A DNA stretch of 64,000 nt. Source: Bacteroidota bacterium. GTDB lineage: Bacteria > Bacteroidota > Bacteroidia > Chitinophagales > BACL12. How positions within the stretch are numbered: position 1 is the first letter of the stretch; every line of letters begins with the position of its first letter. The position numbers and the translations under genes are program-made. Of the stretch, positions 1 to 8,747 are shown piece by piece. The stretch lies in assembly GCA_016706865.1 (NCBI GenBank), contig JADJIS010000003.1, positions 466,030 through 530,029 of the forward strand, in the 5' to 3' direction. The notes under the pieces are model-generated. The model made no database searches. It saw only the letters and a program-made list of their open reading frames with translations, and had not been told where the DNA came from.

Positions 1-149
1 AAACAGTAAATGTTATCAAGGTGAATAGAAAAGTAATTGCAAAATAATGTAAACCCCGCTTATGCAGGTGTAGTGGTTTTAGAATTTTCATTTGAATGGC
101 TGTTTTATTTAGAGGCTAAAGATATTAAAAACCGCGTAATAATGTAAAT

Positions 150-181
150 AAAAAAATCCCGCTTGTTTAAAAGCAGGATTT
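150..181 (-). terminator. Intrinsic terminator after the 214..684 gene
   Basis: Stem ATCCCGCTT (156-164) / AAGCAGGAT (171-179). On the minus strand it is followed by a T-run (A-run 150-156 on +). Confidence 0.6.
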
Positions 182-213
182 TTAATCAATGATTTTACTA
201 ATAAATGCTTTAC

Positions 214-684
214 CTAAACACTCTCCTCAGTTAATTTAGCATCAGTACCTTTTGTATCTTTTTCATTCAACCTCCATCCACACCTATCGTAATAGTAGCT
301 TTTAAACTTTTCTTTTTCTTCCGGAGTCATATGCTCCATTTTTTGTTCCATACGATGTTTCCAGTAGCTGCGGTCATACATTCCATGACCTTTCCAGGCG
401 TGTTTGCTTTTCCAGTTATGCCGACCCATTCCGCCGAATCCCGTGAGTAATTTTCCTAATGCGAGCAAACCAATAGCCTGCCAGAAAGTGACGGTAACTC
501 CGTTAAAAACTGCCGGTATAAGCCAGTTCCACAAATACATAGTTGCGAAACCCATTATAGTGATCATAAAAGCACCTGCAATTAACCAACCGATGCCGTA
601 TTTAATTTTTTTTGTGAATTTGTGTTTGAATTCTGCTTTGAATTCATCCTTAAATTCGTTTTTGTATCTGTTATTAGATTCCAT
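214..684 (-). CDS. Small membrane protein downstream of the ECF sigma factor (candidate anti-sigma/partner; family not recognised)
   Basis: 156-aa ORF with an ATG start 11 nt after the sigma stop. Two hydrophobic helices (GIGWLIAGAFMITIMGFATMYLW, FWQAIGLLALGKLL). Terminator immediately downstream. Confidence 0.7.
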   Translation of the reverse strand: MESNNRYKNEFKDEFKAEFKHKFTKKIKYGIGWLIAGAFMITIMGFATMYLWNWLIPAVFNGVTVTFWQAIGLLALGKLLTGFGGMGRHNWKSKHAWKGHGMYDRSYWKHRMEQKMEHMTPEEKEKFKSYYYDRCGWRLNEKDTKGTDAKLTEESV

Positions 685-695
685 AAAAATATTTT

Positions 696-1301
696 TTATT
701 CTAGTTCTTTATTAAAAAAATCGTCGTATAAACCTTGTAGTTTTTCGCGTAAATGCAAAACTGCATAACGTTTTCGCGATAAAAGCGTGTTAACGGAAAC
801 ACCTGTTTCTTCCGAAATCTCGTTGAAGCTTTTACTTTCCAATTCATGTAAAATAAAAACCTCGCGTTGTTCGGCAGGTAATTCGCTTAAGGCCTCATAC
901 ATGGTTTCCCATACCATCTGGCGTTCAAATACCTGATCGGGATTATCAGAATCGGAGGCAGAAATAGTGGATAATCCTGAAAAATATCCATCCTCCTCAT
1001 CATCACCATAAGCCGCTGAAGTGTCTATTGATTCTGTTTTGCGTTTGCGATACCAGTCTATGATCTTGTTTCTGGTAACCCTATAGAGCCACGAAGCCAT
1101 GTTCTCTATATTTTCTACCATACCGCGGTTTGAAGCTAACTGGTAAAAGACATCCTGAAGAATGTCGCGGGCATCTTCCTCATTTGCCACACGGGTCTTG
1201 ATAAACTGCAATAGCTTTTTGCGTTCATTTTTAACCGCTTGTTCAATAATGGCATTTTGTTGCTGAGTCATTAAGTTGCCCAAATGTAAACTATCGTCCA
1301 T
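696..1301 (-). CDS. RNA polymerase ECF-type sigma-70 family factor
   Basis: 201 aa. Region 2 motif DILQDVFYQL...WLYRVTRNKIIDWYRKR and region 4 HTH EVFILHELESKSFNEISEETGVSVNTLLSRKRYAV. Confidence 0.9.
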   Translation of the reverse strand: MDDSLHLGNLMTQQQNAIIEQAVKNERKKLLQFIKTRVANEEDARDILQDVFYQLASNRGMVENIENMASWLYRVTRNKIIDWYRKRKTESIDTSAAYGDDEEDGYFSGLSTISASDSDNPDQVFERQMVWETMYEALSELPAEQREVFILHELESKSFNEISEETGVSVNTLLSRKRYAVLHLREKLQGLYDDFFNKELE

Positions 1302-1369
1302 ACAGTTTGTATTGACGATTTCAGGTGTAAAGATATTTTAAAAGAAGAGAGAATTGTGGTGAGAGTCCG

Positions 1370-1781
1370 CAGTTAACAGTCAACAGTGGGCAGTTGGCAG
1401 TTTGACGGGAAGGAGGTTTTCGTAAGCCCATAACTTACAACTCAGAAAATATTGGGTCAATGGTGAGTAGTGAGTGTTGAGTTTGATCCGAGAGGGGATC
1501 GGACTCACCAAATGAGTAATGAGTAATGAGTGATGAGTTTGATCCGCGAACTAACTCAGAACCCAGAACTCCGAACTTAATGGGTGGGTGGTGAATGGTG
1601 AGGGGTGAGGAAACCCATCAAAAACCGAGAACTAACTCAGAACTCAGAACTCAGAACACAGAACACAGAACTCAGAACACAGAACTCAGAACACAGAACA
1701 CAAAACAAAAGACCTCCAAGTTTCATCCTGATCGCAATCCCGGCTGTTCAATTCTCAATTCTCAACTCTCAATTCTCAATT
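1370..1781. repeat. Seven consecutive blocks of different 7-bp tandem repeats
   Basis: Read directly: CAGTNNN x5 (1370-1404), GTGAGT-type x3 (1462-1482), ATGAGTR x4 (1512-1539), AGAACYC-type x4 (1551-1578), GGT-rich x5 (1579-1613), AGAACWC x10-12 (1625-1708), CTCAATT x5 (1747-1781, overlapping the stop at 1776-1778). Confidence 0.9.
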
Positions 1782-2579
1782 CTTTTGGAGCCATGCTGTA
1801 ACCGCTTCCCAATAATACTCATTCGCCGGATCGCTGCTCCAGAGCGCTTTTGAGCCGTGGGTGCCTTTGGTGTCGGGGTAGAATTGTGTTAATACATTTT
1901 CGGGAAGGTGTTTAAATGCTTTTTCAAGAGCACCGGCTTCTTTTTCGGTGGAGGTGATAAAAATTGGTTTGGTATTGTAGTTTTTGAAGTAATCTGCAGC
2001 GGAAGTTCCATCATCAAATTTAGCGATCGGACTGAATCCTATCACAGCCTTCACATGTTCATTATCCATGGCAACCTTTAAACATAAAGATGCCGAATAA
2101 CTGCTTCCCCAAAGGATCACGGGTTGACCCCAGGTTTCATATGCGAGATTTACACCTGCTTCAATATCGGGTAGCGAGGAGGGATAACTTGTAGCCTTAT
2201 TTGCAGCAAGTGCATTGGCATTTGTTTTATTGTCGTGTGCGTCAATTGCTCCGCCACTTCTTTGGTCCAATGCAAGGCAATTGTAACCCATGGCATTCAA
2301 TTTCGGTGCTATTTCTGCATATTCATAATTGTTCATTTTAGCCTGATGGCAAAGAACGATAACAGGTGAGGTGCTGTCGATGGAATACATCACAGCTCTC
2401 ATTGTTAACCCATCGGCGGAGGGAAATTCAATAGTATCCTGACGCATGCCGCTTACAGTAATGGGTTGTTGTTCAGGAATATCCGTTATAGTATCCTGTT
2501 CCGATTTATCTTTTTTCCCTTTACAGGCCATTAATAATGAACCTGTAAGTATTAATACAAGCAGTGAATAACCTTTCAT
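1776..2579 (-). CDS. Alpha/beta hydrolase lipoprotein (dienelactone-hydrolase-like)
   Basis: ORF 1776..2606. I prefer ATG 2579 (MKGYSLLVLILTGSLLMAC lipobox) over the GTG at 2606. GSSYSAS nucleophile-elbow-like motif and alpha/beta hydrolase-like length. Confidence 0.75.
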   Translation of the reverse strand: MKGYSLLVLILTGSLLMACKGKKDKSEQDTITDIPEQQPITVSGMRQDTIEFPSADGLTMRAVMYSIDSTSPVIVLCHQAKMNNYEYAEIAPKLNAMGYNCLALDQRSGGAIDAHDNKTNANALAANKATSYPSSLPDIEAGVNLAYETWGQPVILWGSSYSASLCLKVAMDNEHVKAVIGFSPIAKFDDGTSAADYFKNYNTKPIFITSTEKEAGALEKAFKHLPENVLTQFYPDTKGTHGSKALWSSDPANEYYWEAVTAWLQKN

Positions 2580-2710
2580 AAGATTTTTTTTGCGAAGATA
2601 AGGCACTTCGTAATTGTTAGAGAAATGTAAATTTTAAAAGCTATGTAAATATTTGGCTACCTTTGAAGCATAAACAAATCGTTTTTTGCGTTATCCCGCT
2701 AACTAAGATT

Positions 2711-4159
2711 ATGCATTTCAGAAAGATCCGGGTTCACCTCCTTTTAACCATTTCCGCAATCCTCATTTTATCGACACAAAGTTGTCGCAGAGATATATTT
2801 GTAACAGATGCAAACGCTAAACTGCAATTCAGTGAGGATACAGTGCATTTCGACACCGTTTTTACAACGGTTGGTTCCATCACCATCCCCCTTAAAATTT
2901 TTAATACCTATAACGATCCCATTTCCATATCCACTATCGAACTTTCCGGTGGTGAAGCTTCTCAATTTAGAATGAATGTGGATGGAGAATCAGGTGTTGT
3001 TTTTCACGATATTGAAATTCCCGGAAACGATAGTTTATATGTATTTATAGAGGTAACTGTTGATCCGAATGCAGACGCACTTCCATATATTATCGAAGAT
3101 TCAATACTTTTCGAAACAAATGAAAATTGGCAGAATGTGAAACTGATCGCACTTGGCCAAAATGCACATTTTCATTTTGGGGAAATTATTTGCGATACAA
3201 CCTGGACAGATGATCTGCCGCATGTAATTATCGGGTCTGTGTTAGTGGATAGTTTATGCACTCTCACTATAACAGAAGGAACGAATATACACATGCATGG
3301 AGGAAGTTATTTTTATGTGTTAGGAACATTAAATGTGATCGGAACAAAAGATAGTATAGTTTCTTTTCAGGGAGATAGATTGGAAGATTTTTATAAGGAT
3401 GTGCCGGGTCAATGGGAAGGAATTTATTATTTGCGCGGAAGTTTTACCAACACCATGATCTATGCCGAAATAAAAAACGCAAACGACGGAATTGCTCTTG
3501 GATACAGCACTACACCCGATCTGGAATATTATAAAGATTATTTACCGGAACTCACTATTTCCAATTCTATGATACACGATTGTCAGAATAACGGATTATT
3601 ATCTCTCAACAGTAAAATAAAAGCGACCAATGTTTTGATATATAATATCGGACTTAGTAATTGTGCTTTATTTATGGGTGGAGATTATGATTTCAGACAT
3701 TGCACATTCGCGAATTATAGTTCAACATATCTCGCACATCAAACTCCAATTTTAGGAATATTTGATTATTTTGCGTTCAATCAGGATAATATTATTCAGG
3801 ATGTTTTAACTAAAGCAAATTTTACAAACTGTATTGTTGAAGGGTCGATTGCAGAGGGCAATGAAATTGTTATTGATACTCTTAATGAAGGTGATCCCTT
3901 AAATTTTAATTTCGAATATTGTATTCTGCGCACCGATATCAATCAGGATCTCCTAAACGATGCAAATTGCATCTTTAATGAAAATGCTTCTTTTGCAAAT
4001 ATTGGAGAAAGAAATTATTGTCCGGGTGAATTTTCACCTGCACTCAATGCCGGAACATTTATTCTGGCTGACCCTGTTATTGATGATATCAGAGGTGAAG
4101 TGAGACCATTTGCCGGTACTTTACCCGACATTGGGGCATATGAAACTACTGCTGAGTAG
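2711..4159 (+). CDS. Hypothetical secreted protein, beta-helix-like repeats
   Basis: ORF 2663..4159 starts at a TTG. ATG 2711 gives the signal-like MHFRKIRVHLLLTISAILILSTQSC. Repetitive N/G/I-rich segments. Family not recognised. Confidence 0.7.
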   Translation: MHFRKIRVHLLLTISAILILSTQSCRRDIFVTDANAKLQFSEDTVHFDTVFTTVGSITIPLKIFNTYNDPISISTIELSGGEASQFRMNVDGESGVVFHDIEIPGNDSLYVFIEVTVDPNADALPYIIEDSILFETNENWQNVKLIALGQNAHFHFGEIICDTTWTDDLPHVIIGSVLVDSLCTLTITEGTNIHMHGGSYFYVLGTLNVIGTKDSIVSFQGDRLEDFYKDVPGQWEGIYYLRGSFTNTMIYAEIKNANDGIALGYSTTPDLEYYKDYLPELTISNSMIHDCQNNGLLSLNSKIKATNVLIYNIGLSNCALFMGGDYDFRHCTFANYSSTYLAHQTPILGIFDYFAFNQDNIIQDVLTKANFTNCIVEGSIAEGNEIVIDTLNEGDPLNFNFEYCILRTDINQDLLNDANCIFNENASFANIGERNYCPGEFSPALNAGTFILADPVIDDIRGEVRPFAGTLPDIGAYETTAE

Positions 4160-4260
4160 TTACCTTACATCAAATCTTTATTAAATTGTTGACATCTCTT
4201 TGGTTGTTTAGACATAGGTTTTCTATATTTGAATACATTTTTTAACCTAAAACCACAACT

Positions 4261-4884
4261 ATGTTTAAATTCAACATTACCCACCAGGAGTCGTACTCCC
4301 GCGGTGAATTATTACTCCGATCCTTTTTTGGATGGTTGTATATTCTGATACCGCATATGATATTGCTTTTATTTTACGGAATCTGGGTAGCCATTGCACA
4401 ATTTGTTGCATGGTGGATCATATTGTTTACCGGTAAAACACCTGAATTTTATTACACAGCCATGTTGGCATATACACGCTGGGGCTTAAGGCTCGGAGCA
4501 CGTCTTGTGAACTTAAGTGATGGTTATCCTTCTTTTGGGCCTAATGGTACCGACGACAAAACAGAGGTACATTTTGATCATAATAATATTGGCCGCGGAC
4601 AGCTATTATTGAGATCCTTTTTTGGATGGTTGTACGTTGGAATTCCTCATGGTTTTTGTTTGATGGTGAGAATGATCGGAGTTTATGTATTGGTTTTTCT
4701 CGCATGGTGGGTAGTTCTGTTTACAGGCAAATACCCTGCAGGCTGGCATAAGTTTAATGTAGGTACTTTTAGATGGGCTACAAGAGTGAATCTATATTTG
4801 TCATTTTTTCTTGATGTTTATCCTCCATTTAACGGCAAACCCGATGAAATGGAAGCAGAAGAAAAACCATTGGATCAAGTTTAA
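4261..4884 (+). CDS. DUF4389-like membrane protein (internal duplication)
   Basis: 207 aa. The motif LLLRSFFGWLY(I/V)xIPH ... LFTGK(T/Y)P occurs twice, which I recall as DUF4389. Confidence 0.7.
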   Translation: MFKFNITHQESYSRGELLLRSFFGWLYILIPHMILLLFYGIWVAIAQFVAWWIILFTGKTPEFYYTAMLAYTRWGLRLGARLVNLSDGYPSFGPNGTDDKTEVHFDHNNIGRGQLLLRSFFGWLYVGIPHGFCLMVRMIGVYVLVFLAWWVVLFTGKYPAGWHKFNVGTFRWATRVNLYLSFFLDVYPPFNGKPDEMEAEEKPLDQV

Positions 4885-4912
4885 TATTTGTTTAAATATT
4901 TTATATTTGTTA

Positions 4913-4951
4913 GAAACCGGCAGATTTGTTTTGCCGGTTTCTATTTTTTTT
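4913..4951 (+). terminator. Intrinsic terminator after the DUF4389 gene
   Basis: GAAACCGGCA ... TGCCGGTTTC stem (4913-4941) followed by a T-run (4943-4951). Confidence 0.75.
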
Positions 4952-4955
4952 GGAG

Positions 4956-5414
4956 ATGATAAACGATGTGATATATAATAAATTGCGACATTATTGTGCA
5001 TATCAGGAGCGATGTCATGAAGAGGTGCGCACAAAATTATTATCGCTGAAAATTTACGGTTCTGATCTGGAAGAAATAATTAATAAATTAATTGAAGATG
5101 ATTTTTTAAATGAGGAACGTTTTGCAAAAGCATATGCCGGTGGAAAATTCCGAATTAAAAAATGGGGCAGGGGAAAGATCATAAATGAATTAAAAAAACG
5201 CAAAGTTTCTGCCTATTGCATTAAAAAAGGAATGGAAGAAATAGGGGAGGAGGATTATTTAAATACCTTGAATAAACTTCTTTCCACCACCATAAAAAAA
5301 TACAAAACAAACAACGATTACGAAACAAAAAATAAAGTTGCACGATATCTAATTTCGAGAGGGTTTGAATCGGAGTTGGTTTGGGGGATGATAAATAATA
5401 AATTTAGTGATTGA
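4956..5414 (+). CDS. recX: Recombination regulator RecX
   Basis: ATG 4956 (the track start 4926 is a TTG inside the terminator). YCAYQERCHEEVRTKL...FLNEERFAKAYAGGKFRIKKWGRGKIINELKKRKVS is typical of RecX. Confidence 0.85.
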   Translation: MINDVIYNKLRHYCAYQERCHEEVRTKLLSLKIYGSDLEEIINKLIEDDFLNEERFAKAYAGGKFRIKKWGRGKIINELKKRKVSAYCIKKGMEEIGEEDYLNTLNKLLSTTIKKYKTNNDYETKNKVARYLISRGFESELVWGMINNKFSD

Positions 5415-5460
5415 TTGAAATGTAGAAACAGCCGGAACCCGCCAGTTGGCGGACAGGCGC

Positions 5461-5944
5461 GGATGACGCTGATTGGGCGGAAAAAAAAGGATAAAAAAAG
5501 TTGATATAGAAGTATAAACAATAATAATATTACCCTAGTTAAATTAATTCGACACGTTTAAGTCCTGAAAGGACGACACATCTTGTAACCACGGACTTCA
5601 GTCCGTGCGAATTAAAAAAGGGAACACGGATGACGCTGATTGGGCGAAAAAAAAAGGATAAAAAAAGTTGTTATAGAAGTATAAACAATAATAATATTAC
5701 CCTAGTTAAATTAATTCGACACATTTAAGTCCTGAAAGGACGACACATCTTGTAACCACGGACTTCAGTCCGTGCGAATTAAAAAAGGGAACACGGATGA
5801 CGCTGATTGGGCGAAAAAAAAAGGATAAAAAAAGTTGTTATAGAAGTATAAACAATAATAATATTACCCTAGTTAAATTAATTCGACACGTTTAAGTCCT
5901 GAAAGGACGACACATCTTGTAACCACGGACTTCAGTCCGTGCGA
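5461..5944. repeat. Tandem repeat, 2.9 copies of a 167-bp unit
   Basis: GGATGACGCTGATTGGGCG recurs at 5461, 5628 and 5795 (period 167). Each unit carries the hairpins GTCC-TGAAA-GGAC and CACGGAC-TTCA-GTCCGTG and A-runs. Two more TTTA-loop hairpins follow at about 5987-6007 and 6023-6037. Confidence 0.9.
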
Positions 5945-6121
5945 GGAAAACTGTAAGCACATACTTTAGGGCATAGATGAATAACCCCCGGCTTTAGCCG
6001 GTGGGAAAAGACGTAATAATGATCGGGCTTTAGCCCAAACGTCAATCATCAATGATAAGATATTGTAAAAATCGAATGAGAAAACAAAACCCATTCTACA
6101 AAAATTACATCAGTAAAATTT

Positions 6122-7663
6122 TCAATGCATAATAAATTTAGTAACGTAACTCTGATCCTCTGATACTACTTTTAAAAAATAATACCCTTGTTCTAAGTTT
6201 AAATCGCCAACAGTAAAATAATTTGATTCGGAATTATTACTGATCAATGTATTCTGATAAATAATTTGCCCTGTCGTATTAATTATTTCATATTCGAATT
6301 CTTCGGACTTATTGTTTGTAAAAACAAAGTGTAGCTCATCAGTGTTTGTAGGATTCGGAAAAATAGTTAATTTGTGATCAGTATCAGATAAATGTTCACC
6401 TGAATTCTTAAACAACGCCGGAGCCGGCGCCCACCAATTTCTGCTGATCACAATAAGGGATAATAATTTAATGGTATTACCATAATAACCATCGCGATTT
6501 AGGGAAACGGTTTTCATATAATTCCATAAACTATTTAGCCAAACCTGATTAGTATTATCAATCATAGCACTTACTGCAAATGGAGCTTGAAAGGAGAGGT
6601 CGTTGTAATTACTTCCGGGTAAAACAGTTCCGAGATCCAGGTCATATCCACTTTTAATATTTGCGGGAATGGAACCTGTTTTTGTTTTTATCCAGGCATT
6701 AATTGGCACTAATGCATTATAGGCACGTGCATCGCCATAAATTAAATAATCTGTTGCTGTGCGCCATGGGAAACGGCATGCATTGTAATTATAATCTCCA
6801 TCATAATCTGATTCTAAAAAATTTGGTGGGGCAGGATCGGGTGACGTATTGGTATGGCGGATAAAATCAGGCATTAATCCTGTAGCAGGAGAAAAATTTG
6901 TTCTGATGGAACTATTGATAGTATAACATCTGTCAATGGTGAGGTTCCAGTTATTATCACCAGTAGCCTCATAAAAACTTCTAAAATGGTCAGGCATAAA
7001 ATCGCTGGACCGTGTGGAATACGACATGGGTGAAGTGCTTCCGCTCACCCAATCGCCTAATTTAATTGTTTGATTATTGTGATTTATTTCTGAAGTATAA
7101 ATAGCATCAATTAATGTATTTGCTTCTGACAAATAATTAATAACTCCGGCGCTTCCCCATTGTGCATGCGCCAGCAATAATGCATAAGCAATATCCAGAT
7201 CGCCATCTGTTGCTGCATCCGCTCCGGGAACATCTTCACATCCTTCTATTTGCTGCCATGCCATTAAAGTGGGGTTAATTATACTTGGATGCGCTTTATA
7301 ATAATTATACAAACCGTCGAAATACAGTTTTGCATTCAGATCATACCCGGCCATTATTGCGGTGATCATCATTCCATAACCTTGTGCCTCGCTTACGCAT
7401 ATTGCATTGGATGGATCTGCACCTCCCTCGTAATTATAAAATACATAATATTGTTCAGGTTCGCAGCCATTTACCAAATAACGTGTTTTCCATTTATTAT
7501 AGAATTGTTTAACAACTTTATCTAATCCTGCTTGTGAAGCAACTGTGGGTTTGATGCTGCCTGCTGTGTAAGTTGTATGTTGTGGAAAGGGATATGCGGG
7601 GGATTGTGAATGTAATATTTGTATAAAAATTAAAGCTGTAAATATCAATACTATTTTCTTCAT
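6122..7663 (-). CDS. Glycoside hydrolase family 8 with T9SS C-terminal sorting domain
   Basis: 513 aa with a signal peptide. ATDGDLDIAYALLLAHAQW matches the GH8 signature A-[ST]-D-[AG]-D-x2-[IM]-A-x-[SA]-... . C-terminal IFPNPTNTDELHFVF...YYFLKVV. Confidence 0.9.
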   Translation of the reverse strand: MKKIVLIFTALIFIQILHSQSPAYPFPQHTTYTAGSIKPTVASQAGLDKVVKQFYNKWKTRYLVNGCEPEQYYVFYNYEGGADPSNAICVSEAQGYGMMITAIMAGYDLNAKLYFDGLYNYYKAHPSIINPTLMAWQQIEGCEDVPGADAATDGDLDIAYALLLAHAQWGSAGVINYLSEANTLIDAIYTSEINHNNQTIKLGDWVSGSTSPMSYSTRSSDFMPDHFRSFYEATGDNNWNLTIDRCYTINSSIRTNFSPATGLMPDFIRHTNTSPDPAPPNFLESDYDGDYNYNACRFPWRTATDYLIYGDARAYNALVPINAWIKTKTGSIPANIKSGYDLDLGTVLPGSNYNDLSFQAPFAVSAMIDNTNQVWLNSLWNYMKTVSLNRDGYYGNTIKLLSLIVISRNWWAPAPALFKNSGEHLSDTDHKLTIFPNPTNTDELHFVFTNNKSEEFEYEIINTTGQIIYQNTLISNNSESNYFTVGDLNLEQGYYFLKVVSEDQSYVTKFIMH

Positions 7664-7803
7664 AAAATTATTTATAAAATTAATTAATAATTAAGTTGCA
7701 GATCTTCCAACATCATTTTAAGAAAAACGGAATCCTCCTCAGGTTTCAAAATTCTGTTATATCCCGACGATTCTTTATATTCTCTTTTTACAGAATTTAT
7801 TTC

Positions 7804-8364
7804 TCATTGATTAAGAAGTTGATTTAATTCTGCCTGATCATAATATAATTCAAATGAAATAAAATGGTCTTTTTTATCCAAGGTTGAAACAGGGCGGCTA
7901 TATTCGTAAGTATTTGGATATAAGAAAATAGAATCGGAATTCATTCTTGCAACTCGTAAATAATAATACATAGAACTATTTTCTTCAGAACGCATGCAAT
8001 AAATATCCCCAACCTGTGGTGAAGCAACAAACGCGGATTTTTGTTTCGAAACATTTTGAGTATTAATAGTAATCCAGATGATCAAACATGCCACAAGCAA
8101 TAATCCTGAAAACAAATAGATTGGAGTATTGGTGGTAGCCTGGTAATTATCCAACCTGTCACTGGAATTATTGCCATGTCCGCACTTAGTGCATGTTACA
8201 ATGGTATCTTTTGAACCTAACGGAAAGAAGGGGATCCAAAAAATATGAAAATATTCTCTATACACTTCAAACTTCAAATCATGAGCACTACAGGTGGTGC
8301 ATCGCCCTGTATTGTCGTAATGTGTTTTGATCTTAGCCTTTTTTCTTCCGTAAATTAATAACAT
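7804..8364 (-). CDS. Zinc-ribbon membrane protein (hypothetical)
   Basis: ATG 8364 is preferred over the track start 8424. CTTCS...CTKCGH Cys pairs plus one TM helix (IYLFSGLLLVACLIIWITI). Confidence 0.65.
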   Translation of the reverse strand: MLLIYGRKKAKIKTHYDNTGRCTTCSAHDLKFEVYREYFHIFWIPFFPLGSKDTIVTCTKCGHGNNSSDRLDNYQATTNTPIYLFSGLLLVACLIIWITINTQNVSKQKSAFVASPQVGDIYCMRSEENSSMYYYLRVARMNSDSIFLYPNTYEYSRPVSTLDKKDHFISFELYYDQAELNQLLNQ

Positions 8365-8383
8365 GATGGAGATAAATTGTGGT

Positions 8384-8743
8384 TTAATTCCCAAATATAG
8401 AAATACTTGCCAAAATATTCTCAATTCTACTCTTCAATATCTCTATCAACTCCGGATCCAAATATTCGTACTCATCCTCAATATTAATATTTTCGATACG
8501 AGGAACGTTGGAAGTTCTGAATTGATCTTGTATCCGATTTTTCTGACTGTTATCCATTACAATTATCAGATCGGCCCATTCCACGAGTTTGGAATTTATT
8601 ACCACTTCACTTTGTGCACTTAATCCGGCACTTTTAATATTGAGTCTGCTGTCGTTTTTATATAAATACTCCGCCGTTCTGCTTCGCCTTTTATTGCGAC
8701 CGCAAACAACAAGTATATGGGGTTTAGTTTTGAATTCCGGCAT
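8384..8743 (-). CDS. Small low-molecular-weight protein-tyrosine-phosphatase-like protein
   Basis: ATG 8743 lies 5 nt after the upstream stop (the track start 8758 is a TTG). VVCGRNKRRS is a C-x5-R-S P-loop. Confidence 0.75.
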   Translation of the reverse strand: MPEFKTKPHILVVCGRNKRRSRTAEYLYKNDSRLNIKSAGLSAQSEVVINSKLVEWADLIIVMDNSQKNRIQDQFRTSNVPRIENINIEDEYEYLDPELIEILKSRIENILASISIFGN

Positions 8744-8747
8744 TGTT

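Noticed and set aside
1595-1853. Track ORFs 1595..1801 and 1605..1853 (+) encoding RTQNTE-type peptides
   Set aside because: They are translations of the AGAACWC and CTCAATT heptamer blocks, giving 7-aa periodic low-complexity peptides. They overlap the 3-prime end of the well-supported hydrolase gene on the other strand.
5590-5610. Hairpin ACGGA-CTTCAGT-TCCGT, read as a tRNA-like anticodon arm with a TCA (Sec/opal-suppressor) anticodon
   Set aside because: There is no cloverleaf around it: no D-arm, no GTTCRANYC T-loop and no acceptor pairing. The hairpin is part of a 167-bp tandem unit.
5461-5944. CRISPR array (also considered for 30751-31268 and 46116-46378)
   Set aside because: Whole units are repeated with no unique spacers between the repeats. 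The periods (167, 101 and about 100 bp) are too long, and no cas genes are present in the window.
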